DNA of 24,000 nucleotides, from assembly GCF_056989615.1 (NCBI RefSeq), contig NZ_JBXSFI010000004.1. The stretch is one strand, 5' to 3'. Shown piece after piece: positions 1-9,286 of the stretch. The position numbers were made by a program, and so were the translations under genes. The first letter of the stretch is position 1. Each line of letters starts with the position of its first letter. Under the pieces are notes generated by a model. It was given only the letters and a program-made list of their open reading frames with translations. It was not told the origin of the DNA and did no database searches.

Positions 1-2
1 AG

Positions 3-26
3 TTCGACCGCCTCTGGAAAAAATGA
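3..26 (+). CDS. C-terminal tail of IS629-like OrfA (…FDRLWKK*), partial
   Basis: ttc gac cgc ctc tgg aaa aaa tga overlaps the OrfB start; A6 run at 18-23 is a plausible frameshift site. Confidence 0.6.
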   Translation, partial: FDRLWKK

Positions 27-913
27 TGCCACTGCTGGATAAGCTGCGTGAGCAGTACGGGGTCGGACCGCTATGCAGCGAACTGCATATTGCCCCGTCA
101 ACGTATTACCACTGTCAGCAACAGCGACATCATCCGGATAAACGCAGTGCCCGTGCGCAGCGCGATGACTGGCTGAAGAAAGAGATACAGCGCGTATACG
201 ATGAAAATCACAAGGTATACGGTGTGCGTAAAGTCTGGCGTCAGTTGTTACGGGAAGGTATCAGAGTGGCCAGATGCACTGTGGCACGTCTCATGGCGGT
301 TATGGGACTTGCCGGTGTTCTCCGTGGTAAAAAGGTCCGTACGACCATCAGCCGGAAAGCCGTTGTCGCAGGCGACCGCGTAAACCGTCAGTTCGTGGCA
401 GAACGTCCTGACCAGTTGTGGGTGGCTGATTCTACTTACGTCAGCACATGGCAGGGGGTCGTCTATGTGGCGTTCATCATTGATGTGTTTGCCGGATACA
501 TCGTGGGGTGGCGGGTCTCATCGTCTATGGAAACGACATTTGTGCTGGATGCTCTGGAGCAGGCGTTATGGGCCCGTCGACCGTCCGGCACAGTCCATCA
601 CAGTGATAAAGGTTCTCAGTATGTATCGCTGGCCTACACACAGCGGCTTAAGGAAGCCGGATTACTGGCATCAACAGGAAGTACAGGCGACTCGTATGAC
701 AACGCGATGGCGGAGAGCATCAATGGCCTTTACAAAGCGGAGGTAATACACCGTAAGAGCTGGAAAAACCGTGCAGAAGTGGAACTGGCCACACTCACGT
801 GGGTGGACTGGTATAACAATCGACGATTGCTGGAAAGGCTGGGCCATACTCCTCCGGCAGAAGCAGAAAAAGCTTATTATGCTTCCATCGGAAACGATGA
901 TCTGGCAGCCTGA
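23..913 (+). CDS. IS3-family transposase OrfB (IS629/IS1203-like)
   Basis: 296-aa ORF with DDE integrase core (WVADSTYV, HSDKGSQYVS, NAMAESINGLYKAE). Confidence 0.93.
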   Translation: MMPLLDKLREQYGVGPLCSELHIAPSTYYHCQQQRHHPDKRSARAQRDDWLKKEIQRVYDENHKVYGVRKVWRQLLREGIRVARCTVARLMAVMGLAGVLRGKKVRTTISRKAVVAGDRVNRQFVAERPDQLWVADSTYVSTWQGVVYVAFIIDVFAGYIVGWRVSSSMETTFVLDALEQALWARRPSGTVHHSDKGSQYVSLAYTQRLKEAGLLASTGSTGDSYDNAMAESINGLYKAEVIHRKSWKNRAEVELATLTWVDWYNNRRLLERLGHTPPAEAEKAYYASIGNDDLAA

Positions 914-1057
914 GTTCACAGATAAAACACTCTCCAGGAAACCCGGGGCGGTTCACCTACAGAGTACCGCTACCACTTGTGAAGCTGGCAGATTCAGATT
1001 GTTTTCAATCGACAACGCCTCATAGTTAAAGTCATCAACGACATTGAACGTGTGAAG

Positions 1058-1353
<296 letters not shown>

Positions 1354-1385
1354 TTAGTGTATGATGGTGTTTTTGAGGTGCTCCA

Positions 1386-1661
1386 GTGGCTTCTGTTTCT
1401 ATCAGCTGTCCCTCCTGTTCAGCTACTGACGGAGTGGTGCGTAACGGCAAAAGCACCGCCGGACATCAGCGCTATCTCTGCTCTCATTGCCGTAAAACAT
1501 GGCAACTGCAGTTCACTTACACCGCTTCTCAACCCGGTACGCACCAGAAAATCATTGATATGGCCATGAATGGCGTTGGATGCCGGGCAACCGCCCGCAT
1601 TATGGGCGTTGGCCTCAACACGATTTTCCGCCATTTAAAAAACTCAGGCCGCAGTCGGTAA
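1386..1661 (+). CDS. insA: IS1 protein InsA
   Basis: 91-aa [38 protein letters not shown]…. Confidence 0.95.
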   Translation: MASVSISCPSCSATDGVVRNGKSTAGHQRYLCSHCRKTWQLQFTYTASQPGTHQKIIDMAMNGVGCRATARIMGVGLNTIFRHLKNSGRSR

Positions 1662-2083
1662 CCTCGCGCATACAGCCGGGCAGTGACGTCATCGTCTGCG
1701 CGGAAATGGACGAACAGTGGGGATACGTCGGGGCTAAATCGCGCCAGCGCTGGCTGTTTTACGCGTATGACAGGCTCCGGAAGACGGTTGTTGCGCACGT
1801 ATTCGGTGAACGCACTATGGCGACGCTGGGGCGTCTTATGAGCCTGCTGTCACCCTTTGACGTGGTGATATGGATGACGGATGGCTGGCCGCTGTATGAA
1901 TCCCGCCTGAAGGGAAAGCTGCACGTAATCAGCAAGCGATATACGCAGCGAATTGAGCGGCATAACCTGAATCTGAGGCAGCACCTGGCACGGCTGGGAC
2001 GGAAGTCGCTGTCGTTTTCAAAATCGGTGGAGCTGCATGACAAAGTCATCGGGCATTATCTGAACATAAAACACTATCAATAA
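1580..2083 (+). CDS. insB: IS1 InsB reading frame (transposase part)
   Basis: 167-aa ORF overlapping insA, contains [26 protein letters not shown]. Confidence 0.95.
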   Translation: MPGNRPHYGRWPQHDFPPFKKLRPQSVTSRIQPGSDVIVCAEMDEQWGYVGAKSRQRWLFYAYDRLRKTVVAHVFGERTMATLGRLMSLLSPFDVVIWMTDGWPLYESRLKGKLHVISKRYTQRIERHNLNLRQHLARLGRKSLSFSKSVELHDKVIGHYLNIKHYQ

Positions 2084-2093
2084 GTTGGAGTCA

Positions 2094-2297
2094 TTACCAA
2101 CCGGATGGAGACATTGCAGGATTAGGTTTGTGAGTGGATGCATAGTCATATATTGCACCTCCAGCCACACCCCCAGCAGCTGCTCCAATTCCTCCTGCAA
2201 CAAATTGTCCGGATAGTGTTCCTATAGCCATCGCAATATCACGCCCTGAAGCACCACCAGAAACAGAATCTAATTCATTTAGAGTCAGAGTTCTCAT
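2094..2297 (-). pseudogene. cvaC: Microcin V (colicin V) precursor, 3'-truncated by IS1
   Basis: MRTLTLNELDSVSGG double-glycine leader plus ASGRDIAMAIGTLSGQFVAGGIGAAAGGVAGGAIYDYASTHKPNPAMSPSG; frame runs into the IS1 end (W, stop). Confidence 0.95.
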
Positions 2298-2511
2298 ATG
2301 ATCTCCTTTTTATCTTATCGGATATTGAATAATAATTATCACCAACAAAGTAACATATTGCAGACATTAATATAGAGAAGCAAAATGTATGCATGGATAA
2401 AAAGTCCTTTCCTCTAAAAACACAATCATATATAGCTAATGCAATATATATTGCGGTGGCATTTATTATAAATGCAAATAACAACTCTAATTTTGTTCTT
2501 TTTCTATCCAT
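2275..2511 (-). CDS. cvi: Microcin V immunity protein
   Basis: 78-aa two-TM ORF directly upstream of and overlapping cvaC (MDRKRTKLELLFAFIINATAIYIALAIYDCVF…). Confidence 0.92.
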   Translation of the reverse strand: MDRKRTKLELLFAFIINATAIYIALAIYDCVFRGKDFLSMHTFCFSILMSAICYFVGDNYYSISDKIKRRSYENSDSK

Positions 2512-2974
2512 TACTTTTTATCCCATTACTTTCTATCCCATTACCATACAAACACTAACGATAATGATTATCGTTCACATAGTCAAGAGTGAAGGGGAGG
2601 GGGCCCTCACCCCCTATAAGGGGTCCGCTTGGAAAACGGATTTCCCCACGTCAAGAGAATTGAGTTGAACGAGTGGTTACATCCAAGCCAGCTAACTCAC
2701 TGAACGTAAAGGATGTACGAAATGCTCCTACCGTCCGATAACCATTTGGCTTACTTCCGTACATTCCCTTGCGTAGATGTTCAGAATTGTACGATTTCGG
2801 ACACCAAAACCGCTGTTGTCCCGCCATTCTGGCGATTCCTGAAAGTCATTTGACTAAAAAATAGTCTTAACGTGGTTTATTTTCCGAATTCCAAGCGGCC
2901 CGCCCTACATTTATACAATGTCCGGCAGGGCATAAAAGGGGCGAAAGAAAATACCTGGGCGAAGTCGCTGAACA

Positions 2975-3256
2975 TCATTCTGGCGATTTCAATAAAGGTA
3001 CTTGCTCACGCTCTGTCATTTTCTGAAACTCTTCATGCTGCATTTCGATTTTCCTTCTAAGATCATAACTCGCATACCTGTTCTTTTTATGTATATCTAT
3101 ATCTATTTTTGTGACGAGTTCAAACCACAATGTTCGCACTCCCCATGCAGCGTTATGAAACATTTCCGCAACGGCTATAGAGTCTGTATTAACTGCTTCA
3201 GTCATGTAGTCGCTAATACGTTCAGCGGTAATTTTCGTTATTTCATCGTAATTCAT
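2975..3256 (-). CDS. Hypothetical 93-aa protein
   Basis: Intact [42 protein letters not shown]… with an upstream A/G-rich stretch; no family recognised. Confidence 0.5.
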   Translation of the reverse strand: MNYDEITKITAERISDYMTEAVNTDSIAVAEMFHNAAWGVRTLWFELVTKIDIDIHKKNRYASYDLRRKIEMQHEEFQKMTEREQVPLLKSPE

Positions 3257-3425
3257 TTTATCTCCTACAAGATTATTTAATGGAATGCAAAATATCTGGC
3301 CTGATAATAATGTTCCAGAATTAATATCTGCAGGCTATGTTAAGTTGTCCCCACACACAATCTACCTGTTTTCTCGTGTGTGCCACAGGAGCAATACATA
3401 AATAGTCTGGCCATTAAGTTCGTAA

Positions 3426-3596
3426 CCAGCTGCTGTAGCTCTTAGTTTGTTTTCTTTGACATTAGGCTCGGCCCTTATAGCCTTTGGTCTTCCGGCCACA
3501 GTTGTTGGTTTTGTTGGCGTAGTTATTGCAGGTGCTATTGGTGCATTTATCGATGATAAATTTGTTGATGAGTTGAATCACAAGATCATAAAATAA
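3426..3596 (+). pseudogene. cba: Colicin B activity gene, 3' terminal remnant (end of pore-forming domain)
   Basis: Frame reads PAAVALSLFSLTLGSALIAFGLPATVVGFVGVVIAGAIGAFIDDKFVDELNHKIIK*; no preceding ORF; in-frame taa at 3423. Confidence 0.85.
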
Positions 3597-3613
3597 TTAA
3601 AAGGAAGGCAGTG

Positions 3614-4141
3614 TTACTGCCTCCCTTTAAAATATTTAATGACAAGCAATGGCATCAGTAAAATCGCATATGTCATGGTTAAAACAGTAAAGTAAATGGA
3701 GCAGTATAAAATAAAAAGAGTGATGACATTATGAGATAATAATTTAAAAAAACCACCTGCTGTTGTTAGTTCCAGATTATAGAACAGTGTGATATAAATC
3801 AGAATGGCATAAAAAACGGCCCCCCAGAAACAGGATTGCACAACAAGTTTTCTTGTTACTGGCTTTATGATTTCTCTTGTCTTATATGTGCAAAGAAAAA
3901 CGAGAATACCCATAACTGGTGCTGTCTTGTTGTAGTTTGACATAAGTGCTGTCATGACGGGATCATGCAATGATGTAATAGAAGGGAGAAATGCAACCTT
4001 ATTATATAAGTAGTACAGCACTTGAGAATATGGATTATTTATCCGAAGTATTAATATAGCCATTAATGGAATAATACCGATTATGGAAAATGCATATAAT
4101 ATTTCGTTTGCTTTCTTGTTCTTATCTTTATTGCTGGTCAT
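3614..4141 (-). CDS. cbi: Colicin B immunity protein (ORF track extends to 4192)
   Basis: 175-aa multi-TM protein MTSNKDKNKKANEILYAFSIIGIIPLMAILILR…, convergent to the cba remnant. Confidence 0.9.
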   Translation of the reverse strand: MTSNKDKNKKANEILYAFSIIGIIPLMAILILRINNPYSQVLYYLYNKVAFLPSITSLHDPVMTALMSNYNKTAPVMGILVFLCTYKTREIIKPVTRKLVVQSCFWGAVFYAILIYITLFYNLELTTAGGFFKLLSHNVITLFILYCSIYFTVLTMTYAILLMPLLVIKYFKGRQ

Positions 4142-4384
4142 ATATATACCTTTTTGTATTTTTATATATAGATTATATATCAGAGTTCTCAATATATTTC
4201 CAGTATTTAATGGAGTGTACAGATATATATCTTATATATGGTAGTTCAGGTGCTTCCCTACCATTTTTAACGGCATATCCGGCAAACAATGTTATGGGGA
4301 GCCTCTCTCATGGGGTTCGTTCGCCGGTGTAAGCGTTAGCCAGCCGCGAACTCTATTATCTTATTAACTTATAAGGAGTTATGT

Positions 4385-5200
4385 ATGGAAACCTTAACTG
4401 TTCATGCACCATCACCATCAACTAACTTACCAAGTTATGGCAATGGTGCATTTTCTCTTTCAGCACCGCATGTTCCTGGTGCTGGACCTCTTTTAGTCCA
4501 GGTTGTTTATAGTTTTTTCCAGAGTCCAAACATGTGTCTTCAGGCTTTAACTCAACTTGAGGATTACATCAAAAAACATGGGGCTAGCAACCCTCTCACA
4601 TTGCAGATCATATCGACAAATATTGGTTACTTCTGTAACGCCGACCGAAATCTGGTTCTTCACCCTGGAATAAGCGTTTATGACGCTTACCACTTCTCAA
4701 AACCAGCGCCAAGTCAATATGACTATCGCTCAATGAATATGAAACAAATGAGCGGTAATGTCACTACACCAATTGTGGCGCTTGCTCACTATTTATGGGG
4801 TAATGGCGCTGAAAGGAGCGTTAATATCGCCAACATTGGTCTTAAAATTTCCCCTATGAAAATTAATCAGATAAAAGACATTATAAAATCTGGTGTAGTA
4901 GGTACATTCCCTGTTTCTACAAAGTTCACACATGCCACTGGTGATTATAATGTTATTACCGGTGCATATCTTGGTAATATCACACTGAAAACAGAAGGTA
5001 CTTTAACTATCTCTGCCAATGGCTCCTGGACTTACAATGGCGTTGTTCGTTCATATGATGATAAATACGATTTTAACGCCAGCACTCACCGTGGCGTCAT
5101 CGGAGAGTCGCTCACAAGGCTCGGGGCGATGTTTTCTGGTAAAGAGTACCAGATACTGCTTCCTGGTGAAATTCACATTAAAGAAAGTGGTAAGCGATAA
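4385..5200 (+). CDS. cma: Colicin M (lipid II-degrading colicin)
   Basis: 271-aa METLTVHAPSPSTNLPSYGNGAFSLSAPHVPGAGP…; RBS aaggag upstream. Confidence 0.97.
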   Translation: METLTVHAPSPSTNLPSYGNGAFSLSAPHVPGAGPLLVQVVYSFFQSPNMCLQALTQLEDYIKKHGASNPLTLQIISTNIGYFCNADRNLVLHPGISVYDAYHFSKPAPSQYDYRSMNMKQMSGNVTTPIVALAHYLWGNGAERSVNIANIGLKISPMKINQIKDIIKSGVVGTFPVSTKFTHATGDYNVITGAYLGNITLKTEGTLTISANGSWTYNGVVRSYDDKYDFNASTHRGVIGESLTRLGAMFSGKEYQILLPGEIHIKESGKR

Positions 5201-5249
5201 TATAAGGGCCGGGATTCCGGCCTTTTTATGCAGCCTTTATAACAGTGTA

Positions 5250-5603
5250 TTAGTCATTCGCATATTCAACATATCCCTCTTCACAATGGTACATGCCATA
5301 ATACATTCTCTTACCCTCCGGACCTTCAGCTTTAAATGGGACAAGAAGTGTTTTTTCATCTTCAACATCTGTTAAACTTCTCTCAATCTTTTCCCATGTA
5401 ATTTTCGGGATTTCTGTACCAAGAAGTTGTACATCGTTGTCCCAGCGTTTCATTCTTTGCAGGTAATCATTTTTTACAAACGTTCTGGCCTGTTCATCGC
5501 TGACCTGATAGCATGCCGGACCTTTATCTTCAGACCAGAAAAAAACAGCAGCAAGAGCAATAATCGTTAAAATAAAAATAAATTTCATGCTAATTACTTT
5601 CAT
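5250..5603 (-). CDS. cmi: Colicin M immunity protein (ORF track extends to 5696)
   Basis: 117-aa protein MKVISMKFIFILTIIALAAVFFWSEDKGPACYQVSDEQ…, convergent with cma. Confidence 0.95.
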   Translation of the reverse strand: MKVISMKFIFILTIIALAAVFFWSEDKGPACYQVSDEQARTFVKNDYLQRMKRWDNDVQLLGTEIPKITWEKIERSLTDVEDEKTLLVPFKAEGPEGKRMYYGMYHCEEGYVEYAND

Positions 5604-5780
5604 AAAATCTCCACAACTTCTGTCGTTCATTCGATATAAAAAAACATTACGAATATATCCGTACAATGTGAGCATACTGTGAAGTGGCTTTAACAATTAT
5701 GAAATAATACAAGAGATCACATATTGCAGTGGTCTCTTCTTTTATAGAATAAATCACAATTCATAATTATGATTTGTGAC

Positions 5781-6572
5781 TTATGCGTGTCTGTTTTTCA
5801 GCATTGTGACAGCATCGGACTCAGGAATCGAAAACTGCACCCGGTGCCGTGCAGCCACATCCAGCGCAAACACCTTCGTGTACACCTCTGTCGAACTAAT
5901 CGACTTGTGCCCCATCAGGCTCTGCAGCACCTTCAGCGGAATACCAGCATACAGCATATGCATCGCGTAGGAATGGCGGAAAGTATGTGGGGTAACCGGA
6001 ACAGAGAACGTCACGCCGTCGGCCGCAGCGGCCTCTACAGCTTCATTCAGCCAGGTGCGAACTGTGCGGTCGGTGATTCCCCAGATGCGCGCCTTCTCCA
6101 TTCTTCCGGTTCGTTTGTTTCTGCGCTCCAGTGGGATTTTCAGCGTGGCCACCATCATCTGCAGTTGGCTGACGTATTGTGTATCGGACAGGGGAACCAG
6201 GCGATGCACCTGACTGCCAGCAGGGACACGGCCTGCCGTTCTGGTCGCTTTTTCAGTCCGTTGTTTGAGCGTGGCCAGCTGTACGAACGGATATGGCGGC
6301 GCCAGAGAAAAATCTCCCCGCGTCAGCGCCAGCGCTTCGTTTATACGTGCGCCCGTGTTCCACAGGGTGGCCAGCAACATTTTGCGGTGCAGATCCGGTA
6401 CATAGTGGAGCAGGGCGCTGATCTCCGGCGCCAACAGATATTTTGGTAATTCGTCCTGCACAAGTGCCATCTGACGTAGTGCCAGCGCAGCCGGGTAATC
6501 AATGGCAACAGGTAATGTTGCCGGAGGCGTTAAAAAAGAACCAGGCAGGGAAAGCAATTGTGGGCCACTCAT
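5781..6572 (-). CDS. Tyrosine recombinase / integrase, plasmid type (RepFIB-associated-like)
   Basis: Catalytic motifs NTGARINEAL, TPHTFRHSYAMHML, LMGHKSISSTEVYTKVF. Confidence 0.9.
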   Translation of the reverse strand: MSGPQLLSLPGSFLTPPATLPVAIDYPAALALRQMALVQDELPKYLLAPEISALLHYVPDLHRKMLLATLWNTGARINEALALTRGDFSLAPPYPFVQLATLKQRTEKATRTAGRVPAGSQVHRLVPLSDTQYVSQLQMMVATLKIPLERRNKRTGRMEKARIWGITDRTVRTWLNEAVEAAAADGVTFSVPVTPHTFRHSYAMHMLYAGIPLKVLQSLMGHKSISSTEVYTKVFALDVAARHRVQFSIPESDAVTMLKNRHA

Positions 6573-7258
6573 GATGTCCCCTTTATGAAATCCTCAATCT
6601 CTTGCTCGGTCTTTTTAGACTTCTTTACCATTTCGTACTCCTTTTGGAGTGTTTTACCTCTGGCTTTCAACAATACCAACCTCGTTGGCGATAGTGTATC
6701 GGAAAGGCCGTGCAGAGGGAGGCCACATAACATTCTCAGTTCTCGTGATAACCGCAGTGCTTTTACTCCCAACATAGCTGCGTTTTTATGCAAACTATAT
6801 TCACCCGCTCCACCATAAGGAGTATCTTCAACAAACACATTATCTACACACACGACAGCTTCGTAGCTGAGAACAGAGAGTTCGCTGAGCCTATACATCA
6901 GGCCAGAAGGAAGGGAGCGCCAGTTACCAGATACCGGGGAATAATCGATTTCCGGTAATAAGAACTCAGCTTCTCCTCTGCCATCCTGATCGTGCTCCAC
7001 AGTTGCTGTTGCTGCTGGAGCGCAACGCTGCGCAAATCGCTCAAGTAAAAAAACCAGCTCTGTACTAATGTAAAGACGCTCGCTGGCCAGCTTCGCTGCT
7101 GCAGTTCTCTCCTCACGTCTGAGTGTGAAGTGGTGAGTAAGGAACACCGCTCCGACAGCAGATGCGATGGTCGATACAGCTGTAATTATCTGCGGCCCCA
7201 GACTGGCGCTGTCCTTCACCACCTTCACGCCTTCGGTCGCAATAAACCAGTCAGCCAT
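6569..7258 (-). CDS. Hypothetical protein with N-terminal TM segment
   Basis: 229-aa ORF overlapping the recombinase start by 4 nt; IITAVSTIASAVGAVFLTHHF near the N-terminus. Confidence 0.75.
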   Translation of the reverse strand: MADWFIATEGVKVVKDSASLGPQIITAVSTIASAVGAVFLTHHFTLRREERTAAAKLASERLYISTELVFLLERFAQRCAPAATATVEHDQDGRGEAEFLLPEIDYSPVSGNWRSLPSGLMYRLSELSVLSYEAVVCVDNVFVEDTPYGGAGEYSLHKNAAMLGVKALRLSRELRMLCGLPLHGLSDTLSPTRLVLLKARGKTLQKEYEMVKKSKKTEQEIEDFIKGTS

Positions 7259-7301
7259 GTTTATTCCTTTATTGTTGAGAAATCCCGCCTTCTGTATGTA
7301 T

Positions 7302-7652
7302 TCAGCGGTCGGCAGCCAGTTCTTCAGCCAGCTTCACAAAGCCTTTGTGCTCAGTCTGCAGGTAATGGCTGTAAATCCGGGCATCACGTTCTGTGAGCCC
7401 GGATGGATTGCCGGTGAAGTAACGTTGCAGCACCGCAATACAGTGATTGTAGGTATCGAGATCATATTCCCAGTTTCCCAGCTCACCGGCCGCATCCAGC
7501 TCCCGGCGAAACTGCTCGTATTTACGGAGCAGAATGCCAAGACCTAATTCTGTTGCAGCATAAACATTATTTTCTCCTGGCGCGGAAATCGCATTACGGA
7601 TTTTTTCAAAAGCATAACTGAAATCATTTCTCTCATTGAATGCAGTAAACAT
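7302..7652 (-). CDS. Hypothetical 116-aa protein
   Basis: Intact ORF MFTAFNERNDFSYAFEKIRNAISAPGENNVYAATELGLG… in tandem with the preceding genes. Confidence 0.7.
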   Translation of the reverse strand: MFTAFNERNDFSYAFEKIRNAISAPGENNVYAATELGLGILLRKYEQFRRELDAAGELGNWEYDLDTYNHCIAVLQRYFTGNPSGLTERDARIYSHYLQTEHKGFVKLAEELAADR

Positions 7653-8150
7653 GTCCTTTCCTCAGTTGAATAGTTAGCCGTGCAATTTTACCACACCTCA
7701 ATCATCGCCAGATGAGTGCCACTCTGTTGAGAACAGTGACTTTCACAAAAAATGAATTTCACATACTGAAATAATAAGTAGCCATATAGAAACGCAGTTA
7801 AATTACCGGAGAGCCGTTTCCGTCAGATCCGACTTTCCGGAATATCACAACTTTCCGGAAGTGTACCACGCTGAGAAAATAATCATATCGCTGTTTTCCG
7901 CCCCTGCGCGGCGCATCACAGGTCAGGGAGATGACACAACATATAGTGTCATGAGCAGCTGAATGAGATACCACATGTTGTGCTGACAGGAGGTGGCGTT
8001 GTGTGGGGGGAGAGGAAGATCCGTAACCTGGGGTTTTCGGATCTCCGGAGAAATAAGAAGAGGCAGGCATTGTTGTAGCATTAAAATCCTCAATTTTAGA
8101 AGCATCACAATTTTCAAAAACTAAAAAACTGATTAATAGCTAATAATAAA

Positions 8151-8165
8151 ATGCTAGGTTAGCAT
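8151..8165. promoter_or_regulatory. Inverted repeat ATGCTA-ggt-TAGCAT upstream of the RHH-KAP operon, candidate operator
   Basis: Perfect 6-bp arms 29 bp upstream of the 8194 start; related tagcatta copies at 8076-8083 and 8160-8167. Confidence 0.4.
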
Positions 8166-8193
8166 TAAGAACAAAACAAACATTAAAGGATCG

Positions 8194-9285
8194 ATGATGC
8201 TAAGCCAGCTTAACCTGCGTTTTCACAAAAAACTTATCGAGGCGCTGAAAACGCGTGCCGGTCGGGAAAATACTTCGGTCAACGCCCTAGCCGAACGCTT
8301 CCTCGATGACGGCCTGAAAACGGTCGCGCCCGGTGACGGGTATTTTCAGCTCATTGCCGATCCGGAGGCCACGGTCCGGCAGCTGTACCGGCATATCATT
8401 CTGGGCCAGACCTTCGGCACGTCAGCGCTCTCCCGCGACGAACTGCGCTTTGTCCTGGTTCACGTCAGGGAGGCCTTCCTGCGCGGGCATAATAGGCTGG
8501 CCACACTCCCGGCCCTGGACACGCTGCTGGACATCACTGGCAACCTGCTGGCCTGGCAGGTGGAGCACGATCGCCCTGTGGACGGTCACTACCTGAAGGG
8601 GATTTTCCGCCTGGCCGGGAAAAACTGGACGGAAGAGTTTGAAGCCTTCCGGGCAGCGCTGCGCCCCGTGGTGGATCAGATGTATGCCGAACACCTCCTG
8701 CGTCCGCTCGAGAGCGACTGTTTTGGCCTGGCGGAGGTGCCGGACGCGGTGCTGGCAGAAATCTTCACCCTGCCGCGGCTGAAAGCTGTTTTCCCGTTGA
8801 TGCTGCGCGGCCTGGACTGGAACACAGAACAGGCAAGAACGCTGGCACAGGAGCTGCGCCCGGTTATTTCTGCCGTCACGGAAACCATTGAGGCCGGCAC
8901 GCTGCGCCTGGAGATCCGCGTTGACGGCCAGCACCCCGGAGAACGCCCGGGGGCCTGGTACACCACACCCCGTCTGCACCTGCTGATCACCGGCCAGGAC
9001 TTCGTGGTGCCGTACGGCTGGGAAGCGTTATCCGAACTGCTGGGCCTGTTCACGCTGTATGCCCGGCATCCGGAAGCCCTGACGCACGGTCACCAGGGGG
9101 AGCGAGTGATGTTCTCCCCGCCCGGAAACGTCACGCCGGAGGGCTTCTTCGGGATAGACGGCCTGCGGATTTTTATGCCGGCGGAGGCCTTTGAGACGCT
9201 GGTCCGGGAGCTCGCCACGCGGTGTCAAGAAGGCCCGCTGGCGGAGGCCCTGACCGGGCTGCGCTGCCTGTACGGAGATCTGTAA
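8194..9285 (+). CDS. Uncharacterised 363-aa protein with ribbon-helix-helix/HicB-like N-terminus
   Basis: MLSQLNLRFHKKLIEALKTRAGRENTSVNALAERFLDDGLK resembles Arc/HicB RHH; remainder unknown. Confidence 0.8.
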   Translation: MMLSQLNLRFHKKLIEALKTRAGRENTSVNALAERFLDDGLKTVAPGDGYFQLIADPEATVRQLYRHIILGQTFGTSALSRDELRFVLVHVREAFLRGHNRLATLPALDTLLDITGNLLAWQVEHDRPVDGHYLKGIFRLAGKNWTEEFEAFRAALRPVVDQMYAEHLLRPLESDCFGLAEVPDAVLAEIFTLPRLKAVFPLMLRGLDWNTEQARTLAQELRPVISAVTETIEAGTLRLEIRVDGQHPGERPGAWYTTPRLHLLITGQDFVVPYGWEALSELLGLFTLYARHPEALTHGHQGERVMFSPPGNVTPEGFFGIDGLRIFMPAEAFETLVRELATRCQEGPLAEALTGLRCLYGDL

Positions 9286-9286
9286 T

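Larger units (their letters stand above)
1..955 (+). mobile_element. IS3-family insertion sequence, IS629/IS1203-like (partial, left end outside window)
   Basis: OrfB transposase and a right terminal sequence (ttcacagataaaacactctccaggaaacccggggcggttca) ending at 955 that matches the remembered IS629 end; window begins inside orfA. Confidence 0.9.

Noticed and set aside
300-500. WVADSTYV in the IS629-like OrfB (F expected instead of S by memory)
   Set aside because: Probably ordinary allelic variation; the catalytic D is retained and no inference on activity is possible.
3614-4192. Full 192-aa start for cbi
   Set aside because: Known Cbi starts at MTSNKD (4141); the upstream extension lies in AT-rich leader.
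5769-6449. 226-aa plus-strand ORF
   Set aside because: Antisense to the tyrosine recombinase, whose catalytic motifs are clear.
8422-8979. 185-aa minus-strand ORF (and 9028..9399, 8676..9053)
   Set aside because: Antisense shadow ORFs within the well-supported 363-aa gene; low-complexity R/Q/P-rich translation.
8194-9285. RepFIB/RepB replication initiator
   Set aside because: The N-terminus is RHH/HicB-like and the remainder does not resemble known Rep proteins; no classical iteron cluster precedes it.
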